DNA of 64,000 nucleotides, taken from assembly GCA_027487395.1 (NCBI GenBank), contig JAIYDR010000384.1, forward strand, positions 9,732 to 73,731. Reading direction: 5' to 3'. The position numbers and the translations under genes were made by a program. Positions within the stretch are counted from its first letter, which is position 1. The number at the start of each line of letters is the position of its first letter. Positions 1 through 9,859 of this stretch are shown one piece after another. This stretch comes from Rhodobacter sp. (GTDB taxonomy: Bacteria; Pseudomonadota; Alphaproteobacteria; Rhodobacterales; Rhodobacteraceae). The notes under the pieces are model-generated. The model did not search any database. It was not told the origin of the DNA and saw only the letters and a list, made by a program, of their open reading frames with translations.

Positions 1-221
1 CGCTGCCGCCCGACATCTTTCAGCGTCTGGCCAGCAATGTGGCCGACAAACTGGCCCGCGCGGCCGAAGGTGGGGCGCAACCCGCGCTTGTGACCACCGC
101 GCTGCGGCGGCGCTTTTTGCGGACCGTGCTGGCGGCGCGCGGACTATCCGCTCCGGTGCTGGCCTATGAAGAGATCGGTCTGGACGCGCGGCCCGCGATG
201 TTGGGTCAGGTTGCGGCATGA
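1..221 (+). CDS. flhA: Flagellar export protein FlhA, C-terminal fragment (truncated by window edge)
   Basis: Open frame from nt 3 ends ...LVTTALRRRFLRTVL...PVLAYEEIG..., a typical FlhA C-terminus; ATGA overlap with fliR. Confidence 0.85.
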   Translation, partial: LPPDIFQRLASNVADKLARAAEGGAQPALVTTALRRRFLRTVLAARGLSAPVLAYEEIGLDARPAMLGQVAA

Positions 222-985
222 CCCTGTGGGACGAAAGTCTTGCGCTTGCGGAACTGGCCCGCAGCGGGCTGAACCCGGCGGCGCTGGTGTTCCTGCGCGT
301 CGGCGCGATGATGGCGCTTTTGCCCGCTTTTGGCGAACAGGTGGTGCCCGCGCGGGTGCGGCTGGTGCTGGCCTTGGCCTTTACCGCCGTTGTGTTTCCC
401 GCCGTGGCCCCGCAGACCCCGCCCATCTTGACGCTGACCGCTGCGGGGATCGAGGTGGCCGTGGGTCTTATGTTGGGCATCGGGCTGCGGCTTTTGGTGT
501 TGGCCTTGCAATTTGCGGGGTCCATTGCGGCGCAGTCAGCCTCGCTTTCACAACTGTTTGCCAGCGCAGGGGCGGAACCTCAGCCCGCGGTGTCCACGCT
601 GTTCACCGTTTCGGCGCTGGCCTTAGCGGTGCAAAGTGGGCTGCACGTTCGCGCGGCAGAGGTGATGATCCGGTCCTATGACCTGTTTCCCGTCGGCGAT
701 TGGCCGCAAGCGGCGGCGGCGGCCGACTGGGGCGTGGCGCAGGTGGCGCGGGCGACGGCGCTGGCCTTTACGCTTGCCGCGCCTTTTGTGTTGGCGGCGC
801 TGGTGTGGAATCTGGCCTTGGGGGTGATGAACCGCGCGATGCCGATGCTGCCGGTGTCCTTTCTTGGCGCACCCGCGCTGTCACTGGGGGCCTTGGCGGT
901 GACGGCACTTACGGCAGTGGCGGCGTTGACGCTTTGGCAGGGTGTGCTTGACCGGTTTCTGACCGCGCCGATGGACCTGCCATGA
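218..985 (+). CDS. fliR: Flagellar export gate protein FliR
   Basis: 255 aa, hydrophobic; VFLRVGAMMALLPAFGE and LGVMNRAMP motifs; lies between flhA and flhB. Confidence 0.92.
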   Translation: MTLWDESLALAELARSGLNPAALVFLRVGAMMALLPAFGEQVVPARVRLVLALAFTAVVFPAVAPQTPPILTLTAAGIEVAVGLMLGIGLRLLVLALQFAGSIAAQSASLSQLFASAGAEPQPAVSTLFTVSALALAVQSGLHVRAAEVMIRSYDLFPVGDWPQAAAAADWGVAQVARATALAFTLAAPFVLAALVWNLALGVMNRAMPMLPVSFLGAPALSLGALAVTALTAVAALTLWQGVLDRFLTAPMDLP

Positions 986-2052
986 CCGAGGACGACACCG
1001 ACCGACCGCATGACCCGACGCAAAAGCGCCTGCAAGACGCACGGAACAAGGGCGATATCCCGCGCGCGCCCGATCTTCTGGCCGCCGCGGCCTATGGTGG
1101 GTTCTTGCTGGCGGTCCTGATGGGGGCCGGACCCCTGTTGCAGGTGGCAGAGGGCGGCGTGGCCCTTCTGTCGCAGGCAGATCAGATGGCTGGGGCCGCG
1201 CTGACAGCGGGACAGCCCTTTGCTGTGGGATTGGCAGGGTCGATGCTTTTGCCGCTTTGGCCGTTTTTCGTCCTGCCGGGTCTGGCGGTGCTGGTGCTGC
1301 TCTTGGGCCTGCGCGGACTTGTGGTCAGCCCCGACAAACTTGCGCCGAAACTGTCGCGGCTCAATCCCATTGCCAATGCCAAGCAGAAATTTGGCCCTGA
1401 AGGTTTGGTCAGTTTCGCCCAATCGCTGGCCAAGGTGGGCCTGGCTGCGGTGGCGCTGGTCTGGTTGGTCCAATCACAGGGCGACCGGCTTTTGGCCACG
1501 ATGGCGCAGGGTCCAGCGGGGGTGATGCTGGAGATGGCGGCGCTGACGCTGCGGTTCCTGATCTTGGTCTTTGGTTTGCAACTGGGGTTGGGACTGTTGG
1601 ACGCGCTGTGGCAATGGCATCGTTTTCGCCAAAGAAACCGGATGTCAGACAATGACTTGCGCGACGAAGCCAAGGAAAGTGAGGGCGATCCGCATCTGCG
1701 CGCCCAGCGCCGTCAACGCGGCCAAGAGATTGCGCTGAACCGGATGCTGGCGGACATGCCGGGGGCGGATGTGGTGATCGTGAACCCAACGCATTACGCT
1801 GTGGCGCTGAAATGGGATCGCGCGGCGGGTGTACCACCGATCTGCATCGCCAAGGGCACGGACGACGTCGCGCTGCGCATCCGGCAAGCGGCAGCGCTAC
1901 ATGGCATCCCGGTGCGACAAGATCCGCCCACCGCCCGCGCCTTGCACGCCAGCGTCAAGATCGGAGAGCCGATCCGCCCCGACCATTACCGCGCCGTCGC
2001 GGCCGCAATCCGCTTTGCCGAAAGCCTGCGTCGAAAGGCCAAAACCCGATGA
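982..2052 (+). CDS. flhB: Flagellar export switch protein FlhB
   Basis: N-terminal PTQKRLQDARNKGDIP, KESEGDP, and the NPTHYAVAL autocleavage motif. Confidence 0.95.
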   Translation: MTEDDTDRPHDPTQKRLQDARNKGDIPRAPDLLAAAAYGGFLLAVLMGAGPLLQVAEGGVALLSQADQMAGAALTAGQPFAVGLAGSMLLPLWPFFVLPGLAVLVLLLGLRGLVVSPDKLAPKLSRLNPIANAKQKFGPEGLVSFAQSLAKVGLAAVALVWLVQSQGDRLLATMAQGPAGVMLEMAALTLRFLILVFGLQLGLGLLDALWQWHRFRQRNRMSDNDLRDEAKESEGDPHLRAQRRQRGQEIALNRMLADMPGADVVIVNPTHYAVALKWDRAAGVPPICIAKGTDDVALRIRQAAALHGIPVRQDPPTARALHASVKIGEPIRPDHYRAVAAAIRFAESLRRKAKTR

Positions 2053-2387
2053 GCGATCCCCGCATCGATCCCCGGCAGTTGGCCCGTCTGATGCAACTTT
2101 CAGATGTTCTGCGTGACCGCGATCTGGCGCGGTTGTCAGCGGCCGGCAAGGCGGTTGCGGCCATCGACCGCCATCTCGCAGCACTCGATCAGCCCGCCAC
2201 GGCCCCTGCGGATGTGGCGGCGGCTTTGGCGCAACATCGCCATGACGGCTGGGCCGACGCACGGCGGCGCGTGTTGCAACCCGAACGGGAGCGTCTGGAC
2301 GCGCTGCGCCAATCCGCTGCCGATCAGGCCCGGCTGTCCTTTGGCCGGGCACTGGCCTTGCAGCGGATCAAGGATCAGCTGTCCTGA
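2049..2387 (+). CDS. Small helical flagellar-cluster protein (112 aa), possibly FliJ-like
   Basis: ATG at 2049 overlaps the flhB stop (ATGA); Ala/Arg/Leu-rich, coiled-coil-like; function inferred from position only. Confidence 0.55.
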   Translation: MSDPRIDPRQLARLMQLSDVLRDRDLARLSAAGKAVAAIDRHLAALDQPATAPADVAAALAQHRHDGWADARRRVLQPERERLDALRQSAADQARLSFGRALALQRIKDQLS

Positions 2388-2884
2388 CGGACGATGTCGG
2401 TGATCAGCACATCCCGTGCGGTTGCGCCCAATACGGTGCGGGCCGATTCCAGCAAGGCGCGGCGCAGCAGGATCATGTTGCTGCCATCGGTGAAAGACCC
2501 GCGAAACCCGCCTGCATTGGCGTGATCAAACAGCACTTGCAGGAAACTGTCGCGCAGTTTGGGTTCACGGGCATAGACATCCTCGGCCCCACCGGGTGGA
2601 ATTTCGATGGACAAAGACAGAATCACCATCGACACGACGCGCCCACCTTCCAGCACGGGCACGACGAATTGGTTGTTCATCCTGGCATATTCGGGCGGCG
2701 TTTCGCTGTCTGGCGCTGCGGGTTCAGCCAGTGCATCCGTCGCTTCGGCCGCCGTTTCTTCTGCCGTTTCAGCAGCGTCCGCGGCGGCCTGGATAGGCGG
2801 GTCTGGGCGCAGGGCAAAGCCCGCCCCAACCCCGGCGCCCAAACCGATCAGCGGCAAAATCAGCGGAAAGAGACGCGCGATCAT
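2375..2884 (-). CDS. fliL: Flagellar basal body-associated protein FliL
   Basis: N-terminal TM, acidic/Ala linker, NNQFVVPV and REPKLRDSFLQVL motifs. Confidence 0.8.
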   Translation of the reverse strand: MIARLFPLILPLIGLGAGVGAGFALRPDPPIQAAADAAETAEETAAEATDALAEPAAPDSETPPEYARMNNQFVVPVLEGGRVVSMVILSLSIEIPPGGAEDVYAREPKLRDSFLQVLFDHANAGGFRGSFTDGSNMILLRRALLESARTVLGATARDVLITDIVRQDS

Positions 2885-3606
2885 CAGAACGGCAACACGA
2901 TATCGGCCAATTCCTGGCCATAGCGCGGGGATTGCACATCGCTGACCAGCCCGCGCCCGCCGTAGGAAATCCGCGCGCCAGCGATCTTGTCATAGGTGAT
3001 CTCATTCTGGCGCGAGATATCCACGGGCCGCACATAACCGCTGAGCAAGAGTTCACGCAATTCGCGGTTCACCCGCACCTCTTGCTGGCCCTCGATTCTC
3101 AGGACGCCATTGGCCAATTCTTCAACCACCGTCGCGGCGATCTTCAACTCGAGCTGTTCGTTGCGGGACACGCTGCCCTCTCCTTGATAGCTGGATTGGC
3201 TGTCGGTCTGCACGGCATTGGCCAGACTGGCCCCGGCGGGCAGGTCGGTATCGGCGCGTTGCGGGATGCCCATCATCTGCGGGATGCCCAAGCGTTCGCT
3301 GCCATCGCGGCTGCGTTCGGTGCTGTTGCTGATTTGGGCGCTGTCGTCGATTTCGATCAACACAGTCAGGATATCGCCCCGCCGCGCGGCGCGCCTGTCA
3401 CCAAAGAGCGCGCCACGTTCGGCAGACCACAGCGATGCCCGCGCCCCCGGCCCGGTCTGATCCGCCACTTCGGGAAAGCGAGCAGAATAGACGGCGGCAT
3501 GTTGCAGCGTACCTTCCATCGGTGAAAACTCTGGCGCGCGACCAAAATGGTCAATCCGGCCACAACCGACCAAGGCCAGCCCTGCCAGCACCAAAAGCCC
3601 CCTCAT
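2884..3606 (-). CDS. flgH: Flagellar L-ring lipoprotein FlgH
   Basis: Start re-called at ATG 3606 (MRGLLVLAGLALVGC lipobox); DRRAARRGDILTVLI and IAGARISYGGRG motifs. Confidence 0.93.
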   Translation of the reverse strand: MRGLLVLAGLALVGCGRIDHFGRAPEFSPMEGTLQHAAVYSARFPEVADQTGPGARASLWSAERGALFGDRRAARRGDILTVLIEIDDSAQISNSTERSRDGSERLGIPQMMGIPQRADTDLPAGASLANAVQTDSQSSYQGEGSVSRNEQLELKIAATVVEELANGVLRIEGQQEVRVNRELRELLLSGYVRPVDISRQNEITYDKIAGARISYGGRGLVSDVQSPRYGQELADIVLPF

Positions 3607-4013
3607 GGTGCCACCTGCACAGAGCCGTCGGGCAGAACCACCCCCTGCACCGTCCCGCGCGAAGACAGGTTCATCACCCGCACCGCTTGACCGACGGCCC
3701 CGGCGTCCAAAGCGCGGCCATCGGCAGCGATCGTCATCCCGCCAAGGGCATAGTGCAGCTTTATCAACTGGTTGCGCACTACAACTTCGGGTGCAGTCAG
3801 ATCGTCCACCCGCAAGGGGCGGCCTGCCTGCACGGCGACGCGCAACGCTTGCCCCAAAACCTGATCTGGCGCGGTGGCGGCACCCGGAATGTCGGCGGCG
3901 ACCGTGGTGATATCGGCCAGGCCCACCGTCGCGCGGGCGGGCAGGCTGCGCGTCAGGATCACCGCATCGGCCAGCGCGGGCGCGGGCAACAGCATCAGAG
4001 CCAGCCAGCGCAT
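3603..4013 (-). CDS. flgA: P-ring assembly chaperone FlgA
   Basis: Signal peptide; SAF-like region; GRALDAGAVGQAVRVMNLSS; lies between flgG and flgH. Confidence 0.88.
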   Translation of the reverse strand: MRWLALMLLPAPALADAVILTRSLPARATVGLADITTVAADIPGAATAPDQVLGQALRVAVQAGRPLRVDDLTAPEVVVRNQLIKLHYALGGMTIAADGRALDAGAVGQAVRVMNLSSRGTVQGVVLPDGSVQVAP

Positions 4014-4798
4014 CAGCGCACCTGCGCCATCGCCGACAGCATCTGGTCGGCGGCCGTGACAACCTTGGCGTTCAGCTCATACCCGCGCTGGGCCTTGATC
4101 AACTCGGTCACCTCGCGCACCGGATCGACGCTGCTTTCCTCAAGATACCCCTGCCGCAGGGTGCCCAAGCCATCTTGCCCCGGCGCACCGGACAGCGGCG
4201 CGCCCGAGGCCGCGCTTTCCAGATAGAGGTTGGACCCCATTGCCTGCAGACCCTTTTCATTGGTGAAGCCGACGAGGTTCAACTGTCCCAAAACCTCTGG
4301 CTCGACCTGGCCGTCGAAATAGGCCCACACCTCCCCTTCCGGATTGATCGACAGGCTGCGCGCGTCGGACGGGATGGTGATGCCGGGGGCGACGGCAAAG
4401 CCTTCAGAGGTGACGATCTGCCCATCCGCCGCGCGTTTCAGCCCGCCATCGCGGGTATAGGCGGACCCACCAGACGGAAGCCGCACTTCAAGATAGCCAC
4501 GCCCTTCGATGGCAAGATCGAGATCGCCGCCGGTTTGCGCCAAAGACCCTTGCGCCAGCACCACCGACACTGCCGCGGCCCGCACCCCCATGCCGATCTG
4601 CACACCGGTGGGCAGCATCGTGCCATCGGTCGCGGTGATCGTGCCGGGGCTGGCGATCTGACGGTATTGCAGATCGGCAAAATCGGCGCGACGGGCGTTG
4701 TAGGCCGTGGTCGACATATTGGCGAGGTTGTTGGAGATGACATCGACGCGCATCTGTTGCGCGGCCATGCCGGTGGCGGCGATTTGCAGGGCGTTCAT
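4013..4798 (-). CDS. flgG: Distal rod protein FlgG
   Basis: 261 aa; AATGMAAQQ...ISNNLAN, YTRDG, QGYLEESSVDPV, AQRGYELNAK. Confidence 0.95.
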   Translation of the reverse strand: MNALQIAATGMAAQQMRVDVISNNLANMSTTAYNARRADFADLQYRQIASPGTITATDGTMLPTGVQIGMGVRAAAVSVVLAQGSLAQTGGDLDLAIEGRGYLEVRLPSGGSAYTRDGGLKRAADGQIVTSEGFAVAPGITIPSDARSLSINPEGEVWAYFDGQVEPEVLGQLNLVGFTNEKGLQAMGSNLYLESAASGAPLSGAPGQDGLGTLRQGYLEESSVDPVREVTELIKAQRGYELNAKVVTAADQMLSAMAQVR

Positions 4799-5511
4799 AC
4801 GTGTCTCCCCAAGGTTTCGATGACACGCAGCGCGCGGTCATCCTCGCGTTGCAGAAAGGATTGCCCGGCCTCATAGGCGCGCTGCACTTCGATCATGCGG
4901 GCGATTTCGGTAATGGGATTGACGTTGCTTTCCTCGATCATGCCTTGCATCACCGTGGCTGCGGGGGCCGGGAGAACGGCATCAACGGAGAACAGCGTTC
5001 CCGCTTGCTGGCGCAGCGACAAGGGATCGTCGGGCTGAAAAAGACCGATCCGACCCACTGTTTGCCCATCGGCAGAGATGGTGCCATCCGGCCCGATCCG
5101 AACCTGCGAAACACCGCCCGGAATGACCACGGGCGCACCGCCCGCATCCAGCACGGAATAACCGTCGGGCGTCGTCAGCGTGCCTTCGGCGGATGGCGTG
5201 AAACTGCCCGCCCGCGTCAGGCGCGGACCGTCGGGGGTGGCGACTTGAAAGAACCCTTCCCCCATGATCGCAAGGTCAAAAGTGCCACCTGTGGCTGACA
5301 AGGCCCCTTGCGTCATGTCCAGCAAACGCGCCTTGGCCAGCGCCATCGACACAGAGGGCGCGGTGCCCGCCTGCGCCACATGTTCTGCAAAAACAATGCC
5401 TTCGCGCCGAAATCCCGCGGTAGAGACGTTGGCGATGTTATGGGCGACAAGCTCCATCTCGCGCATCAGGCCGGATTGGCGGGTCAGGGTGACATAGGCG
5501 GTGGTGTCCAT
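4795..5511 (-). CDS. flgF: Proximal rod protein FlgF
   Basis: Start re-called at ATG 5511 (MDTTAYVTLTRQ); AHNIANVSTAGF, LTRAGSF, EESNVN. Confidence 0.9.
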   Translation of the reverse strand: MDTTAYVTLTRQSGLMREMELVAHNIANVSTAGFRREGIVFAEHVAQAGTAPSVSMALAKARLLDMTQGALSATGGTFDLAIMGEGFFQVATPDGPRLTRAGSFTPSAEGTLTTPDGYSVLDAGGAPVVIPGGVSQVRIGPDGTISADGQTVGRIGLFQPDDPLSLRQQAGTLFSVDAVLPAPAATVMQGMIEESNVNPITEIARMIEVQRAYEAGQSFLQREDDRALRVIETLGRHV

Positions 5512-5783
5512 CAACGCGCCCCTGCGATCACCGGAATGATCCGGCCGGTGAAGAAATCGACAAGGGTGGCGGTCATGAAGCTCATGCTCACCCAAAACAC
5601 CGCCAGCATGGCGCCAACCTTGGGCACAAAGGTCAGCGTGCTTTCCTGTACCGATGTCAGCGCCTGCAACAAACCGATGGCCAGACCCGCCGCCAGCGCC
5701 ACCGTCAGCATCGGGGCAGAGATGCGAACGGCGATCCACAGCGCCTCGCGCAGCGAGTCGAATATCAGCGCCTCACCCATCAT
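5511..5783 (-). CDS. fliQ: Flagellar export protein FliQ
   Basis: 90 aa; GLLQALTSVQESTLTFVPK signature. Confidence 0.95.
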   Translation of the reverse strand: MMGEALIFDSLREALWIAVRISAPMLTVALAAGLAIGLLQALTSVQESTLTFVPKVGAMLAVFWVSMSFMTATLVDFFTGRIIPVIAGAR

Positions 5784-6076
5784 ATCGGCATCCTCAGAAT
5801 CTCCTGATACGCCTCAACCACCCGGTCGCGCAGGGTGGCGACGGTTTCAACGGCCATCTGGCTGGAGGCCAATGCCTCAACCAGCGCATGGGGATCGGCG
5901 TGGCCGGTCAGGGCGGCGCGGGCGGTTTGCTCGCCTTTGGTTAGGGTGGCGGTCACACTTTGGGCAAGGGCTGCGAAATCCGGCGTGCCGTCATCCGGCG
6001 CGGTGATGCGGCGGGCGGCGTCATAGGCGCGACTGGCAAGGCCGGAGATGTGGGGCGAAAGGTCCATTCTGGTCAC
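5780..6076 (-). CDS. fliE: Hook-basal body protein FliE
   Basis: C-terminal RDRVVEAYQEILRMPI signature. Confidence 0.93.
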   Translation of the reverse strand: MTRMDLSPHISGLASRAYDAARRITAPDDGTPDFAALAQSVTATLTKGEQTARAALTGHADPHALVEALASSQMAVETVATLRDRVVEAYQEILRMPI

Positions 6077-6450
6077 CTGCGAATAAGGTCAAAGAGTTGC
6101 GAGGTCATCTGTCGCGCCTGATCAAACAGGCTGAGATTGGCCGCATAGCTGCGCGCGGCTTCGCGCGCGTCCGCCGTTTCCAAAGTCAGATCGACGTTGG
6201 ACCCGTCACGATAGCCTTCGGCATCGGCCAAGGGATGGCCGGGGTCGTGCAGTCGCGTGACGGGTGTGGGGTCCAATTGCACGGCGGGGATCCTGACCCC
6301 GCCATCCGGCATCGTGGAAAACACCGCGATCTTGCGGTGGTAACCGGGTGTGTCGGCATTGGCGACGTTTTCGGCCACATGCCGCAGCCGCTGCGCCTGC
6401 GCTTGCAGACCCGAGGCCGAGGCGGACAAAGCACCGGGAAGGTCCATCAT
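6073..6450 (-). CDS. flgC: Rod protein FlgC
   Basis: SASGLQAQAQRL..AENVANADTPGY, DPGHPLADAEGY, NVD. Confidence 0.93.
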   Translation of the reverse strand: MMDLPGALSASASGLQAQAQRLRHVAENVANADTPGYHRKIAVFSTMPDGGVRIPAVQLDPTPVTRLHDPGHPLADAEGYRDGSNVDLTLETADAREAARSYAANLSLFDQARQMTSQLFDLIRR

Positions 6451-6833
6451 TGCCCACCCCGCCCCAGTGCAGCGCGCAGGATGCCCGAGGTGTTGCGGTA
6501 CACCGCCAGTGCCATGTCATGCACCTGCCTCACCTCAGACGCGCGGATCATCTCTGTCTCAAGAGAGACGGCGTTGCCGTTGGGATCAGCCCAGCCGCCT
6601 GCATCCACAGGGCGGGCTTCGGCGGCAGGGGGCGCCCCGCCGATATGCCCCGGCCGCGTTTCCCGCAGCGTGGTTCCCGCGCTGTCATAGACATCGGCAA
6701 AGGCCGGCAGGTCGCGCGCCCGGTATCCCGGCGTGTCAGCATGGGCCACATTCTGCGCCACAAGCGACAAGCGCGCACCCGCATGGGCCGCAAGGGATTG
6801 CGCCATGCGTGTCAGTTCAAGTTTTTCGAACAT
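6447..6833 (-). CDS. flgB: Rod protein FlgB
   Basis: AQNVAHADTPGYRARDL and PNGNAVSLETEM; GGAG RBS upstream. Confidence 0.92.
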   Translation of the reverse strand: MFEKLELTRMAQSLAAHAGARLSLVAQNVAHADTPGYRARDLPAFADVYDSAGTTLRETRPGHIGGAPPAAEARPVDAGGWADPNGNAVSLETEMIRASEVRQVHDMALAVYRNTSGILRAALGRGGQ

Positions 6834-6865
6834 CGGGTTTCTCCCTGATCCGGCTTCACCAGTGC

Positions 6866-6894
6866 TTAAGCCCGATTCGCTAAGGAAGGGTTGA
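6866..6894. promoter_or_regulatory. Degenerate CtrA-like site between divergent flgB and fliI
   Basis: CTAA-N7-TTGA at 6880-6894, a TTAA half site at 6866-6869 and a GANTC at 6874-6878. Confidence 0.5.
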
Positions 6895-6911
6895 AACGGA
6901 AAGGGATTGTG

Positions 6912-8210
6912 ATGGCCGAGTTCGACAGGCTTTTGGCGCGGCTGGCGCAGGTGCAGCCCATCCGGCGCACGGGGACAGTGACGGCGATTTCCGCTGGCAC
7001 GGTGACAGTGGCCGGTCTGCCGGGCGCGGCGTTGGGGGATCGTATCCGCCTGTCACCCGCGCTGGAGGGAGAGGTGATGGCCCTGCATCCGGGGGCTGCG
7101 GTGGTCATGCCCGATTCGATGCCGGATGGTCTGGGCACAGGCGCGACGGTGGACCTGATCGGTCCCGCGCGGATTGCCCCGGATACCGGGTGGATCGGGC
7201 GGGTGGTCGATCCCTTCGGCAACGCCTTGGACGGGCGGGCACTGCTGCCGGGCCCCTTGCCGCGTGCGCTACGGGCGGCCCCGCCGCCACCTGCCACCCG
7301 CCGCAGGTTGGGGGCACGGTTGGAAACCGGAACGGCAGTGTTTGACACGCTGTTGCCCTTGGTTCGCGGCCAGCGGATCGGGCTTTTTGCAGGCTCCGGT
7401 GTGGGAAAATCCTCGCTGCTGGCGCGGTTGGCGCGGGGGGTGCAGGCCGATGTGGTGGTGATCGCGCTGATCGGCGAACGGGGGCGCGAGGTGAAAGACT
7501 TTACCGACGATGTCCTTGGCCCCGAGGGGATGGCGCGCAGCGTGGTGGTGGCGGCAACGTCTGACCAGCCCCCCGTGGTGCGCCGCCGCTGCGCCTGGGC
7601 CGCGATGGCGGTGGCCGAGCATTTCCGCGACATGGGCCTGCATGTGCTGTTTCTGGCCGACAGCGTCACCCGCTTTGCCGAAGCCCACCGCGAGGTGGCC
7701 TTGGCGGGCGGAGAGGTCGCCGCCCTGCGCGGTCATCCCCCATCCGTCGCGCATGCGATCATGGCTTTGGCCGAACGCGCGGGGCCGGGGGCCGCTGGGG
7801 CGGGGGACATCACGGCCGTGTTTTCCGTGCTGGTCGCGGGGTCGGATATGGATGAACCCGTGGCCGATATCCTGCGCGGGGTGCTGGATGGCCATGTGGT
7901 GATGGACCGTCGCATTGCCGAACGCGGGCGCTATCCGGCGATTGACCTGTTGAAGTCGGTTTCGCGCAGCCTGCCCGGCGCGGCCACGGACGCCGAAAAC
8001 GCGCTGATCGGTCAGACGCGCCGGGTTTTGGCAGTCTGGGACCGGGCAGAGTTGATGGTGCAGGCCGGGCTTTATGCACGCGGTTCGGATCCGGCGGTGG
8101 ATGAGGCGATCCGTCTTTTCCCGCGCCTCGATGCCTTTCTGGCCGAAACCGCGCCCGAAGGCGGGATTGCTGCCAGTTTTTCACGCCTGTCGCGGCTGTT
8201 GCAGAGCTAA
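6912..8210 (+). CDS. fliI: Flagellar export ATPase FliI
   Basis: GQRIGLFAGSGVGKS Walker A, IGERGREV, DSVTRFA, LDGHVVM, GRYPAID. Confidence 0.95.
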   Translation: MAEFDRLLARLAQVQPIRRTGTVTAISAGTVTVAGLPGAALGDRIRLSPALEGEVMALHPGAAVVMPDSMPDGLGTGATVDLIGPARIAPDTGWIGRVVDPFGNALDGRALLPGPLPRALRAAPPPPATRRRLGARLETGTAVFDTLLPLVRGQRIGLFAGSGVGKSSLLARLARGVQADVVVIALIGERGREVKDFTDDVLGPEGMARSVVVAATSDQPPVVRRRCAWAAMAVAEHFRDMGLHVLFLADSVTRFAEAHREVALAGGEVAALRGHPPSVAHAIMALAERAGPGAAGAGDITAVFSVLVAGSDMDEPVADILRGVLDGHVVMDRRIAERGRYPAIDLLKSVSRSLPGAATDAENALIGQTRRVLAVWDRAELMVQAGLYARGSDPAVDEAIRLFPRLDAFLAETAPEGGIAASFSRLSRLLQS

Positions 8211-9004
8211 AGGCGACGGAAAACGCCCGATTGCAGCAAAGTCAGCGCCGGGGAACTGGCCTGCGCGTTTTCCAACGATGACACGCTCAGGAATCGGCGG
8301 ATCAAGGATTCGCGCTTGGCCGGATCGGTGAATTGGGCCAGCGTTTCATTGCCAAAGACCGCCCCCGTCCGCGACTGGAACATGGTCAACTGACGGTCAA
8401 GGTCCAGCGTGGCGATCCGTGCGGGCAGGCCGAGCGCGGTCTGCATTACAGACCGCAGCGGCGGGTTGCCCATCAGGGTGAACCACTTGGTCTTCTCGGA
8501 TCCCGACTTTCCCGCCAAGGCCGCCAATTCGCGCTGGGCATTCATCGCCAAGCGCAGGGAATTGTCCTGCGCCCCAACGGCAGATTCAAACCGCCGCGCG
8601 TGCCACTGGGTCAGGATGGTATCGGCAAAGGCCGAATCCTTGCTGCGCGGGGTCTTGAAATCCCCAAAGCCAAAGGCTGCGGACATCTGGGCATAGCGCT
8701 TGTCCGACAGTTTCACGGCCAAAGCGCCGGGGGTCAGCGTCCCGCCCTCAAGCACCTTACGGATGAAGAAGCGGCTGTTCAGATCGGCTTCCAACCCGAA
8801 CGCCTCAAGCGTGACTTTCAGCAGACGACGGTCGTTCACCAAAGCCTCGGCGCTGTCGATCTTGCCGATACGGTCACGGAAATAAGCGGCATCGCGCTGC
8901 AATTCTGGCTGGGCGGCCAGCACCGCGGTCTGGCTGGCACGCGTGCGTTGCAACATCGTCCAGCCGGAGATGCCGCCGCCTGATAGGACAGGCGCAAAGC
9001 TCAT
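8207..9004 (-). CDS. DUF1217-like flagellar-cluster protein
   Basis: YFRDRIGKIDSAEALVNDRRLLKVTLEAFGL pattern; downstream of flbT as in alphaproteobacterial flagellar clusters. Confidence 0.75.
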   Translation of the reverse strand: MSFAPVLSGGGISGWTMLQRTRASQTAVLAAQPELQRDAAYFRDRIGKIDSAEALVNDRRLLKVTLEAFGLEADLNSRFFIRKVLEGGTLTPGALAVKLSDKRYAQMSAAFGFGDFKTPRSKDSAFADTILTQWHARRFESAVGAQDNSLRLAMNAQRELAALAGKSGSEKTKWFTLMGNPPLRSVMQTALGLPARIATLDLDRQLTMFQSRTGAVFGNETLAQFTDPAKRESLIRRFLSVSSLENAQASSPALTLLQSGVFRRL

Positions 9005-9405
9005 GCCCGTCGCGCGGCCAGAAGCCGTTCCTCCCGCGGCAAAAGACAGCGCAGGGATTTCATCACGACGTAATGCTGATCCTCAAGCACGGCACGCCCA
9101 GCGGCGGCCAGCAAGCTGCGGCTGTCCGGATCGGTCAGGATTTGCGACAACTGCTCGATCCCGCGCAAAAGTTGCATCCGCGTGTCGGCAGGATTGGCAT
9201 CGCCCGACAGCACCAGTTGCGCCAGATAACAGACGCGCCGAACCGGGGTGGTCACCTCTTCGGGGTGGATGGCGTCGCGCAGGCGCAAGATATGCGCGTT
9301 CGGCGTCATCACATTGATCTTGGACCGTTTATCGCCGTTTTCGATCACGGCGCCATTGATCAGCACCCGTTCATGCGGGCCCAGCTTCAGCACAAGCCCG
9401 GTCAT
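9001..9405 (-). CDS. flbT: Flagellin translation regulator FlbT
   Basis: LVLKLGPHERVLINGAVIENGD and TPVRRVCY motifs. Confidence 0.93.
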   Translation of the reverse strand: MTGLVLKLGPHERVLINGAVIENGDKRSKINVMTPNAHILRLRDAIHPEEVTTPVRRVCYLAQLVLSGDANPADTRMQLLRGIEQLSQILTDPDSRSLLAAAGRAVLEDQHYVVMKSLRCLLPREERLLAARRA

Positions 9406-9791
9406 GTCGTTGCCCCTTCGCCGCGCAAGCCGCGCATGATGGCGGTGTTGATGTCCACCAGCACCTCAACCCCGGCGGTGCCGTCCAGCACGGCGCGGCT
9501 GTGCTGCGCGGTGAATTCATACAGCCAGAACAGCCGCGCTCGCAAAAGCGCCGGGAGTTGGTTGCCATCACCCGCCACATCGACGGCGAGGGTGGACCAC
9601 AGCGACAGGTTGTCGTTCAGCGCGCGGACAAAGCCGGGATGGTCGGTATCGCGTTGCGCGGCGGCAGCCGTCAAACGACCGGTGATCCGGGCCAGCAGAT
9701 CGTATTCCACAGCGCGCGGGGTGCGTGCCGGGGCTTCGGGACGCGCATAGGCGCGGGTCGCCGACAAGGCGGGATGGGTGTGCGCGTTCAT
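9402..9791 (-). CDS. flaF: Flagellar regulator FlaF
   Basis: RAVEYDLL, ALNDNLSLWS, NQLPALLRARLFWL, LVDINTAIMRGL. Confidence 0.92.
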   Translation of the reverse strand: MNAHTHPALSATRAYARPEAPARTPRAVEYDLLARITGRLTAAAAQRDTDHPGFVRALNDNLSLWSTLAVDVAGDGNQLPALLRARLFWLYEFTAQHSRAVLDGTAGVEVLVDINTAIMRGLRGEGATT

Positions 9792-9817
9792 GGTTCAGGA
9801 TGCCCTTGGGATATGGC

Positions 9818-9846
9818 GGCGGGGGCCGGGTCGTCCGCCCCCCGCC
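9818..9846 (-). terminator. GC-rich hairpin 3' of flagellin (terminator or mRNA stabiliser)
   Basis: GGCGGGGG (9818-9825) pairs with CCCCCGCC (9839-9846); no clear U-tract. Confidence 0.45.
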
Positions 9847-9859
9847 GGATCGGCATGGC

